From assembly GCA_902406115.1 (NCBI GenBank), contig CABPCL010000002.1:99384-163383 (forward strand): DNA of 64,000 bases. Reading direction: 5' to 3'. The notes below the pieces were generated by a model. The model was not told where the DNA came from and did not search any database. It saw only the letters and a list, made by a program, of their open reading frames with translations. A program made the translations under genes and the position numbers. Source of the stretch: an uncultured Clostridium sp. (GTDB lineage Bacteria > Bacillota > Clostridia > TANB77 > CAG-508). This document shows, one piece after another, positions 9,071-18,786 of this stretch; the stretch's first letter is position 1, and each line of letters opens with the position of its first letter.

Positions 9071-10474
9071 TTATCCTATTGAACCTTCTAGTTCTAGATT
9101 TATTAAATTATTCATTTCTACTGCATATTCAACTGGTAATTCTTTTGATATTGGATAAGCAAATCCTCTTACTATCATAGCTTTTGCATCTTCTTCTGAT
9201 AATCCTCTACTCATTAAATAAAAGATTTCCTTATCACTTATTTTTCCTATTTTTGCCTCATGAGAAAATTCTACTTCATCTGTTTTAATATCATTTACAG
9301 GTATAGTATCTGATCTTGATATATCATCTAGCATTAAAGATTCGCAAGATACACTACATTTAGAATTTTTAGCTTTTTCAGCGATTCTAACAAGTGCACG
9401 ATAAGTACATGCTCCTCCATCTTTTGATATTGATTTTGAATTTACTACACTTGATGTATTTGGAGCATTATGAATAACTTTAAAGCCTGTATCTAGGTCT
9501 TGTCCATGTCCAGCAAATGTTATACCTGTATATTCTGTTTTAGCTCCTTCTCCATTTAGAATACTCATTGGATATAGCATTGAAACTTTTGAACCAAATG
9601 AGCCTGTTACCCAGTCCATTCCTGCATTTTTTCCTACAATTGCTTTTTTAGTGTTTAAGTTCATCATATTTTTTGACCAGTTTTCTATTGTTGAGTATCT
9701 TAAATATGCATTATCTTTAACATATAATTCTACACAACCTGCATGTAAATTAACTTTGTTATACTTTGGTGCTGAACATCCTTCAATAAAATGCAAACTT
9801 GCTCCTTCGTCAACTATAATTAAAGTATGTTCAAATTGTCCAGATTCTGGAGAGTTTAATCTAAAATATGATTGAAGTGGAATATCCACTTTTACATTTT
9901 TAGGTACATATACAAAAGAACCTCCTGACCAAACAGCTGCATGAAGTGCAACAAATTTATGATCATTAATAGGTACACATTTCATAAAATGTTCTTTTAC
10001 TATTTCTGGATACTCTCTTACAGCTGTATCCATATCTGTATAAATTACTCCTTGTTTAATTAATTCTTCTTTAATACTATGATATACAACTTCTGAATCG
10101 TATTGAGCTCCAACACCTGCTAAAGATTTTTTTTCTGCCTCTGGAATACCTAAATTGTCAAATGTCTTTTTTATATCTTCAGGAACATCTTCCCATGAAG
10201 AATTTAATTTTGATTTTGGCTTTACATATGTGGCAATCTCGTCCATTTTTAGTTCTGATAAATCAGGTCCCCAAGATGGTAATTGTAATTCTTCATATGT
10301 TTTTAATGCTTTTAGACGAATTTCAAGCATCCATTCTGGTTCATTTTTTTTGTTTGATATTTCTCTTACAATTTGCTCATTTAGACCTTTTTGCATTTTA
10401 AATTCGTAATCATCTTCATTTTTTATATCATAAATGCTTCGATTAACATCTTCTACATTTGTTTTCTCTGCCAT
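9071..10474 (-). CDS. sufB: Fe-S cluster assembly protein SufB
   Basis: Strong SufB sequence (HAAVWSGGSFVYVPKNVKV, FYLMSRGLSEEDA). The start is placed at ATG 10474, immediately after the sufC stop at 10476..10478. Confidence 0.93.
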   Translation of the reverse strand: MAEKTNVEDVNRSIYDIKNEDDYEFKMQKGLNEQIVREISNKKNEPEWMLEIRLKALKTYEELQLPSWGPDLSELKMDEIATYVKPKSKLNSSWEDVPEDIKKTFDNLGIPEAEKKSLAGVGAQYDSEVVYHSIKEELIKQGVIYTDMDTAVREYPEIVKEHFMKCVPINDHKFVALHAAVWSGGSFVYVPKNVKVDIPLQSYFRLNSPESGQFEHTLIIVDEGASLHFIEGCSAPKYNKVNLHAGCVELYVKDNAYLRYSTIENWSKNMMNLNTKKAIVGKNAGMDWVTGSFGSKVSMLYPMSILNGEGAKTEYTGITFAGHGQDLDTGFKVIHNAPNTSSVVNSKSISKDGGACTYRALVRIAEKAKNSKCSVSCESLMLDDISRSDTIPVNDIKTDEVEFSHEAKIGKISDKEIFYLMSRGLSEEDAKAMIVRGFAYPISKELPVEYAVEMNNLINLELEGSIG

Positions 10475-10475
10475 A

Positions 10476-11222
10476 TTAGTCCTCTTTTCCTTTATATTTT
10501 GCATATCCAAATTCTTCAATTTCATCTGCTAAACTACTATCACCTGTTTTAACTATTTTTCCTTCTACTAAAATATGAACGTAATCTACTTTTAAGCTTT
10601 CCAAAATACGATTGTTGTGAGTTATAATTAAAACTGCGTTTTCGTCTGATTTATACATACTAATTCCTTTTGAAACAATTCTTACTGCATCTACATCTAG
10701 TCCAGAATCTGTTTCATCAAGTATAGCTAATTTTGGATTTAGTACAAGCATTTGTAATATTTCGTTTTTCTTTTTTTCTCCTCCAGAAAAACCTACATTT
10801 AAGTTTCTGTCTATTAATTTGCTATTCATATTTAGTTCTTCCATGTATTTTTTTACAGTATCTTTAAACTCAAAAATCTTAACAGGCTTTTCATCTATTT
10901 TGCTTTTTGCATATTTTAGGAAGTTCATATTTGATATTCCTGGTATTTCTTCTGGTGATTGAAAAGACATAAATATTCCTTTTCTAGCGATTTTATCTGT
11001 TGTAAGGTCATTTATGTTTTCTCCTTCAAAATCTATTTCTCCACTTGTTTTTTTGTATGCTGGATTATTTAAAATTACATTTGCAAGTGTAGATTTTCCT
11101 GCACCATTTGGTCCCATAATAACATGTACTTCACCTTTGTTTATTTTTAAATTTAATCCTTTTAAAATTTGCTTTTCTTGTACATTTGTATATAAATCTT
11201 TTATTTCTAATAAATTACTCAT
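10476..11222 (-). CDS. sufC: Fe-S cluster assembly ATPase SufC
   Basis: Walker A GPNGAGKST, ABC signature FSGGEKKK and Walker B LAILDETDSGLD. Confidence 0.95.
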   Translation of the reverse strand: MSNLLEIKDLYTNVQEKQILKGLNLKINKGEVHVIMGPNGAGKSTLANVILNNPAYKKTSGEIDFEGENINDLTTDKIARKGIFMSFQSPEEIPGISNMNFLKYAKSKIDEKPVKIFEFKDTVKKYMEELNMNSKLIDRNLNVGFSGGEKKKNEILQMLVLNPKLAILDETDSGLDVDAVRIVSKGISMYKSDENAVLIITHNNRILESLKVDYVHILVEGKIVKTGDSSLADEIEEFGYAKYKGKED

Positions 11223-11682
11223 CTATATTTTCCCTCTTTCTTACTAATACTTTTCTTTTACAACTTCTGCACTTTTCTTTGTTAATATCATAGTTGCAAT
11301 TTAGTGAATATAACCCAAATAAATTATGTACATATTTTGTAAGTTTATTTAGTGTTTCATCACTTAATATTGATTTCATTTTTATTGCTTCTTCTTTTGC
11401 TTCTTCTTTATCTACTTTTAACACTTCTGTTAAAAACACATATGTAATGTCATATGCTTCTAAAACCTTTTTAGCAAGTTCTTCTCCTTTTTCAGTTAAG
11501 GTTATCTCTCCATATGTTTTATAGTTTACTAGTTCATTTGCTTTCAAATTTTTTATTGCTTTGTTTACACTAGGTTTAGTACATTCCATCTCTTTAGCAA
11601 TTGTTGTTACTTTAATTTCTTTTCCTTGTTTTTTTAATAAATAAATTGTTTTTAAATATTCTTCTAAAGAACTTGATATCAT
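11215..11682 (-). CDS. DtxR/MntR-family winged-helix regulator with a C-terminal CX10CX2C tail
   Basis: The N-terminus LEEYLKTIYLL...TTIAKEM..TKPSVNKAIKNL is the typical DtxR-family HTH. Its stop overlaps the sufC start by 8 nt, so it is the first gene of the suf operon. Confidence 0.75.
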   Translation of the reverse strand: MISSSLEEYLKTIYLLKKQGKEIKVTTIAKEMECTKPSVNKAIKNLKANELVNYKTYGEITLTEKGEELAKKVLEAYDITYVFLTEVLKVDKEEAKEEAIKMKSILSDETLNKLTKYVHNLFGLYSLNCNYDINKEKCRSCKRKVLVRKRENIDE

Positions 11683-11698
11683 AAGCTTTCTCCTTTTT

Positions 11699-11716
11699 GT
11701 TAACCTAAGTTAACAT
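11699..11716 (-). promoter_or_regulatory. Palindromic candidate operator TGTTAAC-N4-GTTAACA overlapping the -10/+1 of the suf promoter
   Basis: Perfect 7-4-7 inverted repeat read directly. It overlaps the TATAAT box at 11715..11720. Confidence 0.5.
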
Positions 11717-11743
11717 TATACATCGTTTTATTTTGTTTGTCAA
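11715..11743 (-). promoter_or_regulatory. Consensus SigA promoter of the regulator-sufCBDSU operon
   Basis: Minus strand reads TTGACA-17 nt-TATAAT. Both hexamers are perfect. Confidence 0.8.
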
Positions 11744-11764
11744 TGCTAACATTCTTATTTGCAT

Positions 11765-11797
11765 CAAAAAAGAAACGTATATTCATTAACGTTTCTC
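11765..11797 (-). terminator. Intrinsic terminator downstream of yunB
   Basis: AGAAACGT-(10 nt)-ACGTTTCT, followed on the minus strand by TTTTTT. Confidence 0.8.
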
Positions 11798-11828
11798 TTC
11801 TATTTAATATATTAAATTATTTTAGCTT

Positions 11829-12626
11829 TTACTCTATTACATCAACCAAATTTTCATTATTTATTCCCTCTAAATTATAGTATGCATCTGGTATATTTCC
11901 AACAATTACTCCCTCTGCTAATAATACCTGATTAACTATCTGCTGTTCTATGCTATTAAATGGAGTTAATATTATAACATTACATTTTACTTCAAGATAA
12001 ACTCTATGTAATGTTTGGTTAATACCTGATTGACTAAATTCAGACTTTAGATCTGTTTCAACATTTCCTATTGCTGTCATTTTTATATCTATATCAGGAC
12101 CTCTTCCTGCAAGCATCTTGCTTCCTGTAAAAGAACCAAGCTTAATATGAAATTTATTATTTTCAGATTCACTTAATGCATCTTGTATTAAGATAGGTAT
12201 ATCTGAAATAATTTTATTAACAGTTATTACATTTGCACTAATCATCTTAATGTTTCCGCTTTCATCTTTTGTTATATTCATTAAATCTGTATAGTTATAA
12301 TCTGCCATAACTATTGTAGCCTGTTCATTAGAGACTCTTGTTGCAATTGATTTTGCCATGTTAATACACTGTTTATCTATAATTGGCTCAATAGCTTTTA
12401 TAATCGCATCTGCTACTAAAAAGGCTATTACTAAAACTGTTAATATTTTTATTATTTTCCTTAGTCTTTTAACATTAGTATTATGCTTATTTTCATTAAA
12501 AGATATATGCCATGAAAAAGGAATCTTTATCTTTGGTATTTTTATATTATTTCTACTATATATTTTTTCAATTCTGCCCTTCTTTTCATCCATTATATCT
12601 AGGAATAAATAGTTGTTGTGCAACAT
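11829..12626 (-). CDS. yunB: Sporulation protein YunB
   Basis: N-terminal TM segment and a C-terminal region like B. subtilis YunB (GINQTLHRVYLEVKCNVIILTPF...VGNIPDAYY). The start is uncertain: neither candidate ATG (12626 or 12593) has an obvious SD, and the ORF overlaps the upstream gene. Confidence 0.7.
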   Translation of the reverse strand: MLHNNYLFLDIMDEKKGRIEKIYSRNNIKIPKIKIPFSWHISFNENKHNTNVKRLRKIIKILTVLVIAFLVADAIIKAIEPIIDKQCINMAKSIATRVSNEQATIVMADYNYTDLMNITKDESGNIKMISANVITVNKIISDIPILIQDALSESENNKFHIKLGSFTGSKMLAGRGPDIDIKMTAIGNVETDLKSEFSQSGINQTLHRVYLEVKCNVIILTPFNSIEQQIVNQVLLAEGVIVGNIPDAYYNLEGINNENLVDVIE

Positions 12627-14115
12627 TTAGTTTATCTACCATTTCTATTCCATTTACCCTCGCAATTTCCTCTACTGTGCTTCCAAATCCTTTTGCAATT
12701 TTCCATAAGGTATCTCCAGGTTTAGCAAAATATATAATCATACTGAAACTATTTTCAGATCTATTTTCATCTTCTTTAACATCGTCAATAATATTAATCT
12801 CTGCATTTTTTGATTTACTTGTTGTAAATACTAGATCTACCTTAATATCTACACTATCATCTGATGTTACCACAAAATCTTGCATACCAATTTCTATAGA
12901 AGTATCTACGCTTGAGTTTGCGTTTACTCCATTAAAGTCCACATTAAAATTAAATGGCACTTTTATTAATTTGGTATCTACTCCATTATGACTTGATGAA
13001 TCATACATGAAATTTATCTTTAACTCTCCTTCATATATTATTCTATCATTTAACAAGGTTTGCTTTAATATTTCAGGATCTACTGTAACATCATAAATTT
13101 TATTACCTTGTAATTCCGTTATCTGTTGTCTTTCTCTGATGTTACAAGTATTTTGGATTGTTTCTCTCTTTTGCATTACCTTAATTTGTTTTTGAGTAAA
13201 AATTATATTGGTTGATGGACTATATAAATCTTGTATTAAATTTATTTCTTGATTTTGATACACTTGGCAGAATAGTTCAATTTCTGCCTCAATATATATT
13301 GAATGATCTTCAACACTATTTGGCTTTACAATTAAATTTTTTATTTCATATTTTACATCACACATATTATCTTCTGCTATATCTTGGATATCTATAAATC
13401 CCATTACTGGTATTGTACCTTCAACTGAGTTAATTCTATTATCCTCTGTTAAATATAGAATTTTTACACTCATATCAGATTTTGCTAACACCTTGTTATA
13501 ACTAATTTTAGTATCTTTATTCAAGATTTTTATATTGACCTTCATTATTTCTGCTAAATTATCAATATTATCTATAGTTAAAGTATCTTTAGCATACACT
13601 TTTGTTGTTCCACTTCCAATTAAAGAATTAACGCTTAATTCTTTATTTAACATTTGAACATTTTTTACATTAACATTGTTTATAATTTCTACATTTTCAT
13701 TTGAACTAACTTTTACTCCTATATCTAATATTGCTTTTATACTAATTTTTCTTCCATTCAAAACTCTACATTCTATACTTTTTAATATTACATTTGTTTC
13801 AAGCATCATATCAGCTCTTGCTTTTTCTAGGTCAATTACTTGTGTAAAGTCAATATTACTATTAATACTTCTTATACTTCCATTTTCATCATCAGCTAAA
13901 TACATAATATAGGTATCTATGCTTCCGTCAATTCTTACTTTACCATCTAAGATTTCTTTTTTATATATGCAAACTGTCCCGCTGGTACTAATTGCATTTA
14001 GGATATCTGGCTTTATATCAGGAATTATACTATCTCCTTCTACAATAACACTTTCGTTTTTTTGTTCAACTATTTGGTTGATACATATACTATCTTTAGT
14101 CGTCTCAACAGCCAT
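12586..14115 (-). CDS. SipL/SpoVID-like spore-coat morphogenetic protein (SPOCS/DUF3794 repeats plus C-terminal LysM)
   Basis: The N-terminus ...VEGDSIIPDIKPDILNAI... with repeated beta-rich modules is typical of DUF3794/SPOCS. The C-terminus YFAKPGDTLWKIAKGFGSTVEEIARVNG is a LysM domain. Confidence 0.7.
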   Translation of the reverse strand: MAVETTKDSICINQIVEQKNESVIVEGDSIIPDIKPDILNAISTSGTVCIYKKEILDGKVRIDGSIDTYIMYLADDENGSIRSINSNIDFTQVIDLEKARADMMLETNVILKSIECRVLNGRKISIKAILDIGVKVSSNENVEIINNVNVKNVQMLNKELSVNSLIGSGTTKVYAKDTLTIDNIDNLAEIMKVNIKILNKDTKISYNKVLAKSDMSVKILYLTEDNRINSVEGTIPVMGFIDIQDIAEDNMCDVKYEIKNLIVKPNSVEDHSIYIEAEIELFCQVYQNQEINLIQDLYSPSTNIIFTQKQIKVMQKRETIQNTCNIRERQQITELQGNKIYDVTVDPEILKQTLLNDRIIYEGELKINFMYDSSSHNGVDTKLIKVPFNFNVDFNGVNANSSVDTSIEIGMQDFVVTSDDSVDIKVDLVFTTSKSKNAEINIIDDVKEDENRSENSFSMIIYFAKPGDTLWKIAKGFGSTVEEIARVNGIEMVDKLNVAQQLFIPRYNG

Positions 14116-14163
14116 ATTAAACCCCTCCTTAAATTCTAATTAGTAATGTATATTTAAGGACAT

Positions 14164-14196
14164 AAAAAAAAATTCCTAATATTTAGGAATTTTTTA
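14164..14196 (-). terminator. Intrinsic terminator downstream of veg (bidirectional)
   Basis: AAAAAAAAATTCCTAA-atat-TTAGGAATTTTTT. Confidence 0.85.
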
Positions 14197-14206
14197 TATT
14201 TTTATA

Positions 14207-14497
14207 TTATACTCTTTGTTTTTTCATTTCTGCAACAGGAGGTATTAATGGGCTATATCCATTTCCATCAAAAACGTCTACCTCAACTGTTCTTGTTAAA
14301 ACATCCGTATAACTATATGTAACATTTCCTTCATCTTCCTCATATTTTATAACAAAAATATTTGGATATGCTTTTTCTATTGTAGCTTCCTTTTCAAACG
14401 ATTTACATCTTCCTAGTGAACCTTTTACGATTATCTTTTGTCCGATTTTTTCATTAATATCAGTTTTTAAACTTGCTATATCATTTGGGCAAATCAT
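14207..14497 (-). CDS. veg: Veg family protein
   Basis: IKTDINEKIGQKIIVKGSLGRCKSFEKEATIEKAYPNIFVIKY...YSYTDVLT matches B. subtilis Veg. It is adjacent to yabG, as in Bacillus. Confidence 0.85.
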   Translation of the reverse strand: MICPNDIASLKTDINEKIGQKIIVKGSLGRCKSFEKEATIEKAYPNIFVIKYEEDEGNVTYSYTDVLTRTVEVDVFDGNGYSPLIPPVAEMKKQRV

Positions 14498-14525
14498 TTA
14501 ATCACCTACTTTTCTAAGATGTCCT

Positions 14526-14554
14526 GATTATATCATACAGGTGGCCCAAAGTCA
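14526..14554 (-). promoter_or_regulatory. Strong SigA promoter of veg (extended -10)
   Basis: Minus strand reads TTGACT-17 nt-TATAAT, with TGA immediately upstream of the -10 (TGnTATAAT). Confidence 0.75.
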
Positions 14555-14584
14555 AAAAAGCTCATTTGCTGTCGCAACGAGCTT
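14553..14584 (-). terminator. Intrinsic terminator downstream of yabG
   Basis: AAAGCTC...GAGCTTT stem with an inner TTGC/GCAA pairing, followed on the minus strand by TTTTTT. Confidence 0.6.
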
Positions 14585-14668
14585 TCTCTTTGTTTTCAGT
14601 GGATTCAAAGTTTTTGTTTGTCAATGTTACATTTGTATTACAATTTTGTTACAAAATTATTACATTGT

Positions 14669-15514
14669 TTAAAGTATAGTCATTATCTTCTTTTTTCCCA
14701 TTGCCCCAATACCATTAACACCTCTTTGCCCATCTCTTAATTCGTTTTCTATATCTTTTATAGTTAAATATTTATCATAATCTGTTGTAGCAACTCTCTC
14801 CGCAACAATTAGTGGATCCATAAAATCAATTAATATTCTTGCTGGTGATGATGCAAAATTTGCCCCTGCATTTATAAGTTCTTCATAATAGCTTTGACAT
14901 GCTCCTGCAAAAATAACTAAGTCCTTTTTTATATTTTTATTTTCTCTAGCTTGTTTAACTGCATTTATAAAATATTTTGAATTTCTATAATTATATATAT
15001 CATTATACTCTGTGCCACTTTTTATCATCCCATCATGTCCTGTTATTACTAAAATATCTGGTTTATATCTATCTATCAAATTCGAAACTACACCTGCTTG
15101 TCTACTTTCCGGAACATTTTTAACTACCGCCTTTAACCCAATTTTTCTGTAAAATAGATTTGATTTTTCACTATATCTTTTATCTCCATCTAAGTGCAAA
15201 ATTTTTCCTGTATATATAACTTTATTACTTCTCTTTAATCCATCTAAATTTTGTAATTGTGTTTCATATCTTTGTAATCTTGCCTCAAATTTTTTATCTA
15301 ATTTTCTCTCACTCTCTTGTATTATTTTTTTATCAATTAATTCCAAATCATCAATATAACTATCTGCTTGTATTCTAATATTTAACCCTTTTAACATTGC
15401 TATTGCTTTTCCATTATTTGTTTTTATAATTCTGTCCACAATAAACAAAATATCTTTATTATATGATTTTCTCCCTACAATATCACCTTTTTTTATATTT
15501 TCCACTACATTCAC
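14669..15514 (-). CDS. yabG: Sporulation-specific protease YabG (peptidase U57)
   Basis: KKGDIVGRKSYNKDILF, VITGHDG and FAGACQSYYEELI..GANFASSP are YabG hallmarks. The yabG-veg synteny supports the call. Confidence 0.88.
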   Translation of the reverse strand: MNVVENIKKGDIVGRKSYNKDILFIVDRIIKTNNGKAIAMLKGLNIRIQADSYIDDLELIDKKIIQESERKLDKKFEARLQRYETQLQNLDGLKRSNKVIYTGKILHLDGDKRYSEKSNLFYRKIGLKAVVKNVPESRQAGVVSNLIDRYKPDILVITGHDGMIKSGTEYNDIYNYRNSKYFINAVKQARENKNIKKDLVIFAGACQSYYEELINAGANFASSPARILIDFMDPLIVAERVATTDYDKYLTIKDIENELRDGQRGVNGIGAMGKKKIMTIL

Positions 15515-15636
15515 CTCATATTAAATTAGGTTACTATATGATATGTCGAATATTGTAAAAATGTGCAAATAGTTCTATTGAATATTTTTCCAGAATACAA
15601 TGTACAAAACATCGTATTTACAAGGGGGTTTTTAGG

Positions 15637-15912
15637 TTGGGAAAAATTTACATAGAAGAACGTGCCATAAGCCTAGCACATTATATTATAGATAGTAAAG
15701 ATACAGTTAGAGGAGCTGCCAAAAAATTTGGTATAAGTAAAAGTACAGTACATAAAGATGTTTCAGAAAGACTTCTTCACATTAATCCTGCTTTAGCAGC
15801 TGAGGTTAGAACAATCTTAGATGAGAACAAATCTGAACGTCATATACGTGGTGGACTTGCAACAAAATTAAAATATCATCATGGAGAAATAAATAAGACT
15901 AAAGTTGTATAA
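15637..15912 (+). CDS. spoIIID: Stage III sporulation protein D (mother-cell transcription regulator), TTG start
   Basis: ...RAISLAHYIIDSKDTVRGAAKKFGISKSTVHKDVSERL...SERHIRGGLATKLKY is canonical SpoIIID. AAGGGGG lies 8 nt upstream of the TTG. Confidence 0.9.
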   Translation: MGKIYIEERAISLAHYIIDSKDTVRGAAKKFGISKSTVHKDVSERLLHINPALAAEVRTILDENKSERHIRGGLATKLKYHHGEINKTKVV

Positions 15913-15922
15913 CACAAAAAAT

Positions 15923-15980
15923 AAAGGTAGAGTAATTTTTAACTTTTATATAGCTATAAATTACTCTACCTTTGTTTATT
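15923..15980 (+). terminator. Bidirectional terminator between spoIIID and rimO
   Basis: AAAGGTAGAGTAATTT-(19 nt)-AAATTACTCTACCTTT. This is a 16-bp perfect stem. Confidence 0.8.
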
Positions 15981-16027
15981 AGTTTACCCAATTTCATTAC
16001 AGTCTTATTCTAAATTTCTAATAATAT

Positions 16028-17332
16028 TTATTCGCATATTAAGTCATATTCATTTACATCAACAACTTTGCATGTTACAAAATCACCTATTTGAAGTGGT
16101 TCATTTTCCTTTTCCTTCAAATAAACTACCCCATCGATTTCAGGAACATCCATATAACTTCTTCCAAGATAATATTCATGATCAAAAGTCTCTCCTTCAA
16201 TAAGCACTTCTATTTTTTTACCCATTTTTTCTTTTAAGTTTTCTTTTGAAATCATCTTTTGTAATTTCATAATTTTATTGTATCTACTCTTTTTAGTCAT
16301 AGGATGTATTTGTTCTTTTAATCTTGCAGCTGGTGTTCCATCTTCCTTTGAATATGAAAAGCATCCCAATTTATCAAACCTTGCTTCTTCAATAAATTTA
16401 TATAATTCATTAAAATCTTCTTCTGTTTCTCCTGGAAATCCAACCATTACAGTTGTTCTTATTATAACATTTGGTATTTGATCTCTTAATTTTTTTATTA
16501 ACTTACGAATACTTTCTCCGTCACTTTGTCTATTCATTCTTTTTAATACTTTATTTGAAATATGTTGAATTGGTATATCAAAATATTTACATACCTTTTC
16601 ATTTTCTTTTACTTCTTTAATTAATTCATCATCAATTGTTTCTGGATATGCATATAAAAATCTAATCCATTTTATATTTTCTATTTTGCTTAACTTGTTT
16701 AAAAGCTCTGCTAATTTAGGCTCTCCATAAATATCTGTACCATATTTTGTTGTATCTTGTGCAATTAATATTATTTCTTTATATCCTTTATTTGCTAATT
16801 TTTCAGCTTCTTCTAAAATATCTTCTTCTTTTCTACTTATTTGAGATCCTCTTATGTATGGAATTGCACAATAAGTACATCTATTGCTACATCCATCTGC
16901 TATTTTTAAATAAGCATAATATTCCCCTGTAGTAATCACTCTATCAGAAAACTCATTAAAATCACATTTTTCGTCTTCTTTATTTTCAATAACATTTTCT
17001 ATCTGTTCCCATAAAGTATTATATTCACTATATTTAATCCATAAATCCACTTCTGGAATTGCCTTTGCTAATTCATCTTTATATCTTTCTACCAAACATC
17101 CCATTGCAATTAAATATTTACATTTATCCTTTTTATACTCAGCCATTTCAAGTATTGTATTAATTGCTTCTTCTTTAGCAGACTCTATAAATCCACAAGT
17201 ATTAACAACAATGACATCTGCTTCCTCAGGTTTACTCACAATTTCATACTTATTGTCTTTAAATATTGCAATTGTTTTTTCTGTATCAACTAAATTCTTA
17301 CTACATCCTAATGATATAAATCCTACCTTCAT
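16028..17332 (-). CDS. rimO: Ribosomal protein S12 methylthiotransferase RimO (radical SAM)
   Basis: N-terminal ISLGCSKNLVDTE, radical-SAM motif CSNRCTYC and a C-terminal TRAM domain. Confidence 0.8.
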   Translation of the reverse strand: MKVGFISLGCSKNLVDTEKTIAIFKDNKYEIVSKPEEADVIVVNTCGFIESAKEEAINTILEMAEYKKDKCKYLIAMGCLVERYKDELAKAIPEVDLWIKYSEYNTLWEQIENVIENKEDEKCDFNEFSDRVITTGEYYAYLKIADGCSNRCTYCAIPYIRGSQISRKEEDILEEAEKLANKGYKEIILIAQDTTKYGTDIYGEPKLAELLNKLSKIENIKWIRFLYAYPETIDDELIKEVKENEKVCKYFDIPIQHISNKVLKRMNRQSDGESIRKLIKKLRDQIPNVIIRTTVMVGFPGETEEDFNELYKFIEEARFDKLGCFSYSKEDGTPAARLKEQIHPMTKKSRYNKIMKLQKMISKENLKEKMGKKIEVLIEGETFDHEYYLGRSYMDVPEIDGVVYLKEKENEPLQIGDFVTCKVVDVNEYDLICE

Positions 17333-17333
17333 T

Positions 17334-18596
17334 TTACTCTCCTAATATTTTTTCTAATTTTCTTAATCCTTTAATTAATTTGTCATATGTAGATCGACTA
17401 ATGTTCTTAGAGTTACCACTTGCATATTCACTTGCAACACTTTTCATGTCAATAAGTTCAAATCTATTATTTTCTTTTGTTTCATTATCTAGTACATAAA
17501 TAGGTGTATAATCAACCTTATTTAAATATACCTTTCCGTCCTTACCACTTTTACGAAGTTCAATATTTAATACCAATTCTACTTTTGAGTTATCATCTGA
17601 TAAAGTAGATATATATGTACCTATTGAATAAGCAATAAAAACATTTTTTCCGTCTTTATTTTTTCTAACCTCCATAGGTTGTACTACAGATGGATGTGCT
17701 CCTAAAATTATATCTACTCCCTGATCCACCAAAAAATCTGCCATATCTTTTTGTGATTGACTTACTGTATCAGAAATTGCATCTCCCCAATGTATTAACA
17801 CACATATATACTGAGCACCATTTTTCTTTGCATATTGCACATCATTTTTTACCTGTTTTTCACTATATATATTGATTGAATTTAATTCTTTATCTGTTTT
17901 AGTTCCTTGATTATTAACTCCATATGTATAAGTTAGAAATGCAATATTAGTATCCTTTACCTTTTTTATTAATACTGCATTTTTACCATCTAGTTTATCA
18001 CCAACAATATCATAATCTAATGATTCTAAACATTTCTTTGTATTATCTAATCCTTTAATTCCATAATCTAAACTATGGTTATGATTTATTGTAACAAGGT
18101 TTATTCCAGAATCTTTTATTGCTTTTGCAAACTCCTTTGGTGAATTTTCGCTTGTATAAACTTCATTTGCAAAATTAGTTTCCATTGTGCCCATAACAAT
18201 ATCAGCTTTGTTAATATAGCTAGAAACATTTTTAAACATATGTGAAAAATCATAAGTCTTAGTTGTCTTATTATATGCATCTTTTATCATTTCATCTCCG
18301 CACAAAATATCCCCAACAGCAGATATTTTTATAATCTCATCTGCTTCTAATATATTTTGATTTGTCTGACTAATACTATTTTCTATTTCAGAAAAAATAT
18401 CATAGGTTCTTCGTTCTATCTCTTCTTTCTGTTTTGCAAGTAGCTGTTTATCTTGGTTCTTTTTATATTCGTTTACAAATACACATATAAATATTATAGC
18501 AAGTAGAATTAACGTTATTGTAAAAAATAGTTTTATATTAAGATACTCTTGTACCTTTTCAATATTCCTTCTTTTATTTCTTCTATTTCTTGGCAT
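17334..18596 (-). CDS. CapA-family (PGA_cap) metallophosphatase-like membrane-anchored protein
   Basis: N-terminal TM segment. AVGDILCGD, NHSLDYG and GAHPSVVQP motifs are typical of CapA/PGA_cap. Confidence 0.75.
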   Translation of the reverse strand: MPRNRRNKRRNIEKVQEYLNIKLFFTITLILLAIIFICVFVNEYKKNQDKQLLAKQKEEIERRTYDIFSEIENSISQTNQNILEADEIIKISAVGDILCGDEMIKDAYNKTTKTYDFSHMFKNVSSYINKADIVMGTMETNFANEVYTSENSPKEFAKAIKDSGINLVTINHNHSLDYGIKGLDNTKKCLESLDYDIVGDKLDGKNAVLIKKVKDTNIAFLTYTYGVNNQGTKTDKELNSINIYSEKQVKNDVQYAKKNGAQYICVLIHWGDAISDTVSQSQKDMADFLVDQGVDIILGAHPSVVQPMEVRKNKDGKNVFIAYSIGTYISTLSDDNSKVELVLNIELRKSGKDGKVYLNKVDYTPIYVLDNETKENNRFELIDMKSVASEYASGNSKNISRSTYDKLIKGLRKLEKILGE

Positions 18597-18637
18597 TTGT
18601 GTTTCTCCTAAAATATTACTTTTTTAGCTTCTATTCA

Positions 18638-18666
18638 ATTATATGTCAATTTTATGTTATAGTCAA
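18638..18666 (-). promoter_or_regulatory. SigA-type promoter of capA-like/rimO
   Basis: Minus strand reads TTGACT-17 nt-TATAAT. Confidence 0.65.
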
Positions 18667-18786
18667 TTAATTACAAAAAAACATCTCTTTTACATATTTT
18701 TCTAATTTTGATTTTTAACTTGCATATATTATTTTAATAGTATAAAATATATTTATTAAATTTTTATATAATAAAGAAGGTTAAAA

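Noticed and set aside
12512-12991. Many long plus-strand ORFs in the track, for example 2067..2369, 6261..6653, 12512..12991, 28136..28558, 48396..49082 and 50858..51334, with Ser/Phe/Ile/Leu-rich translations.
   Set aside because: All lie antisense to well-supported minus-strand genes (rplT, mnmA/sufU, SipL-like, DUF3048, GT2/PGT, CapD). They lack SD sequences and have low-complexity composition typical of shadow ORFs in AT-rich DNA.
15515-15636. I tried to assign sporulation sigma-factor promoters (SigE, SigK, SigG) upstream of spoIIID, the SipL-like gene, yqfC and pdaA.
   Set aside because: Candidate -35/-10 elements (for example AATATT ... AATACAAT upstream of spoIIID) have the wrong spacing or weak matches. 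They cannot be supported from sequence alone.
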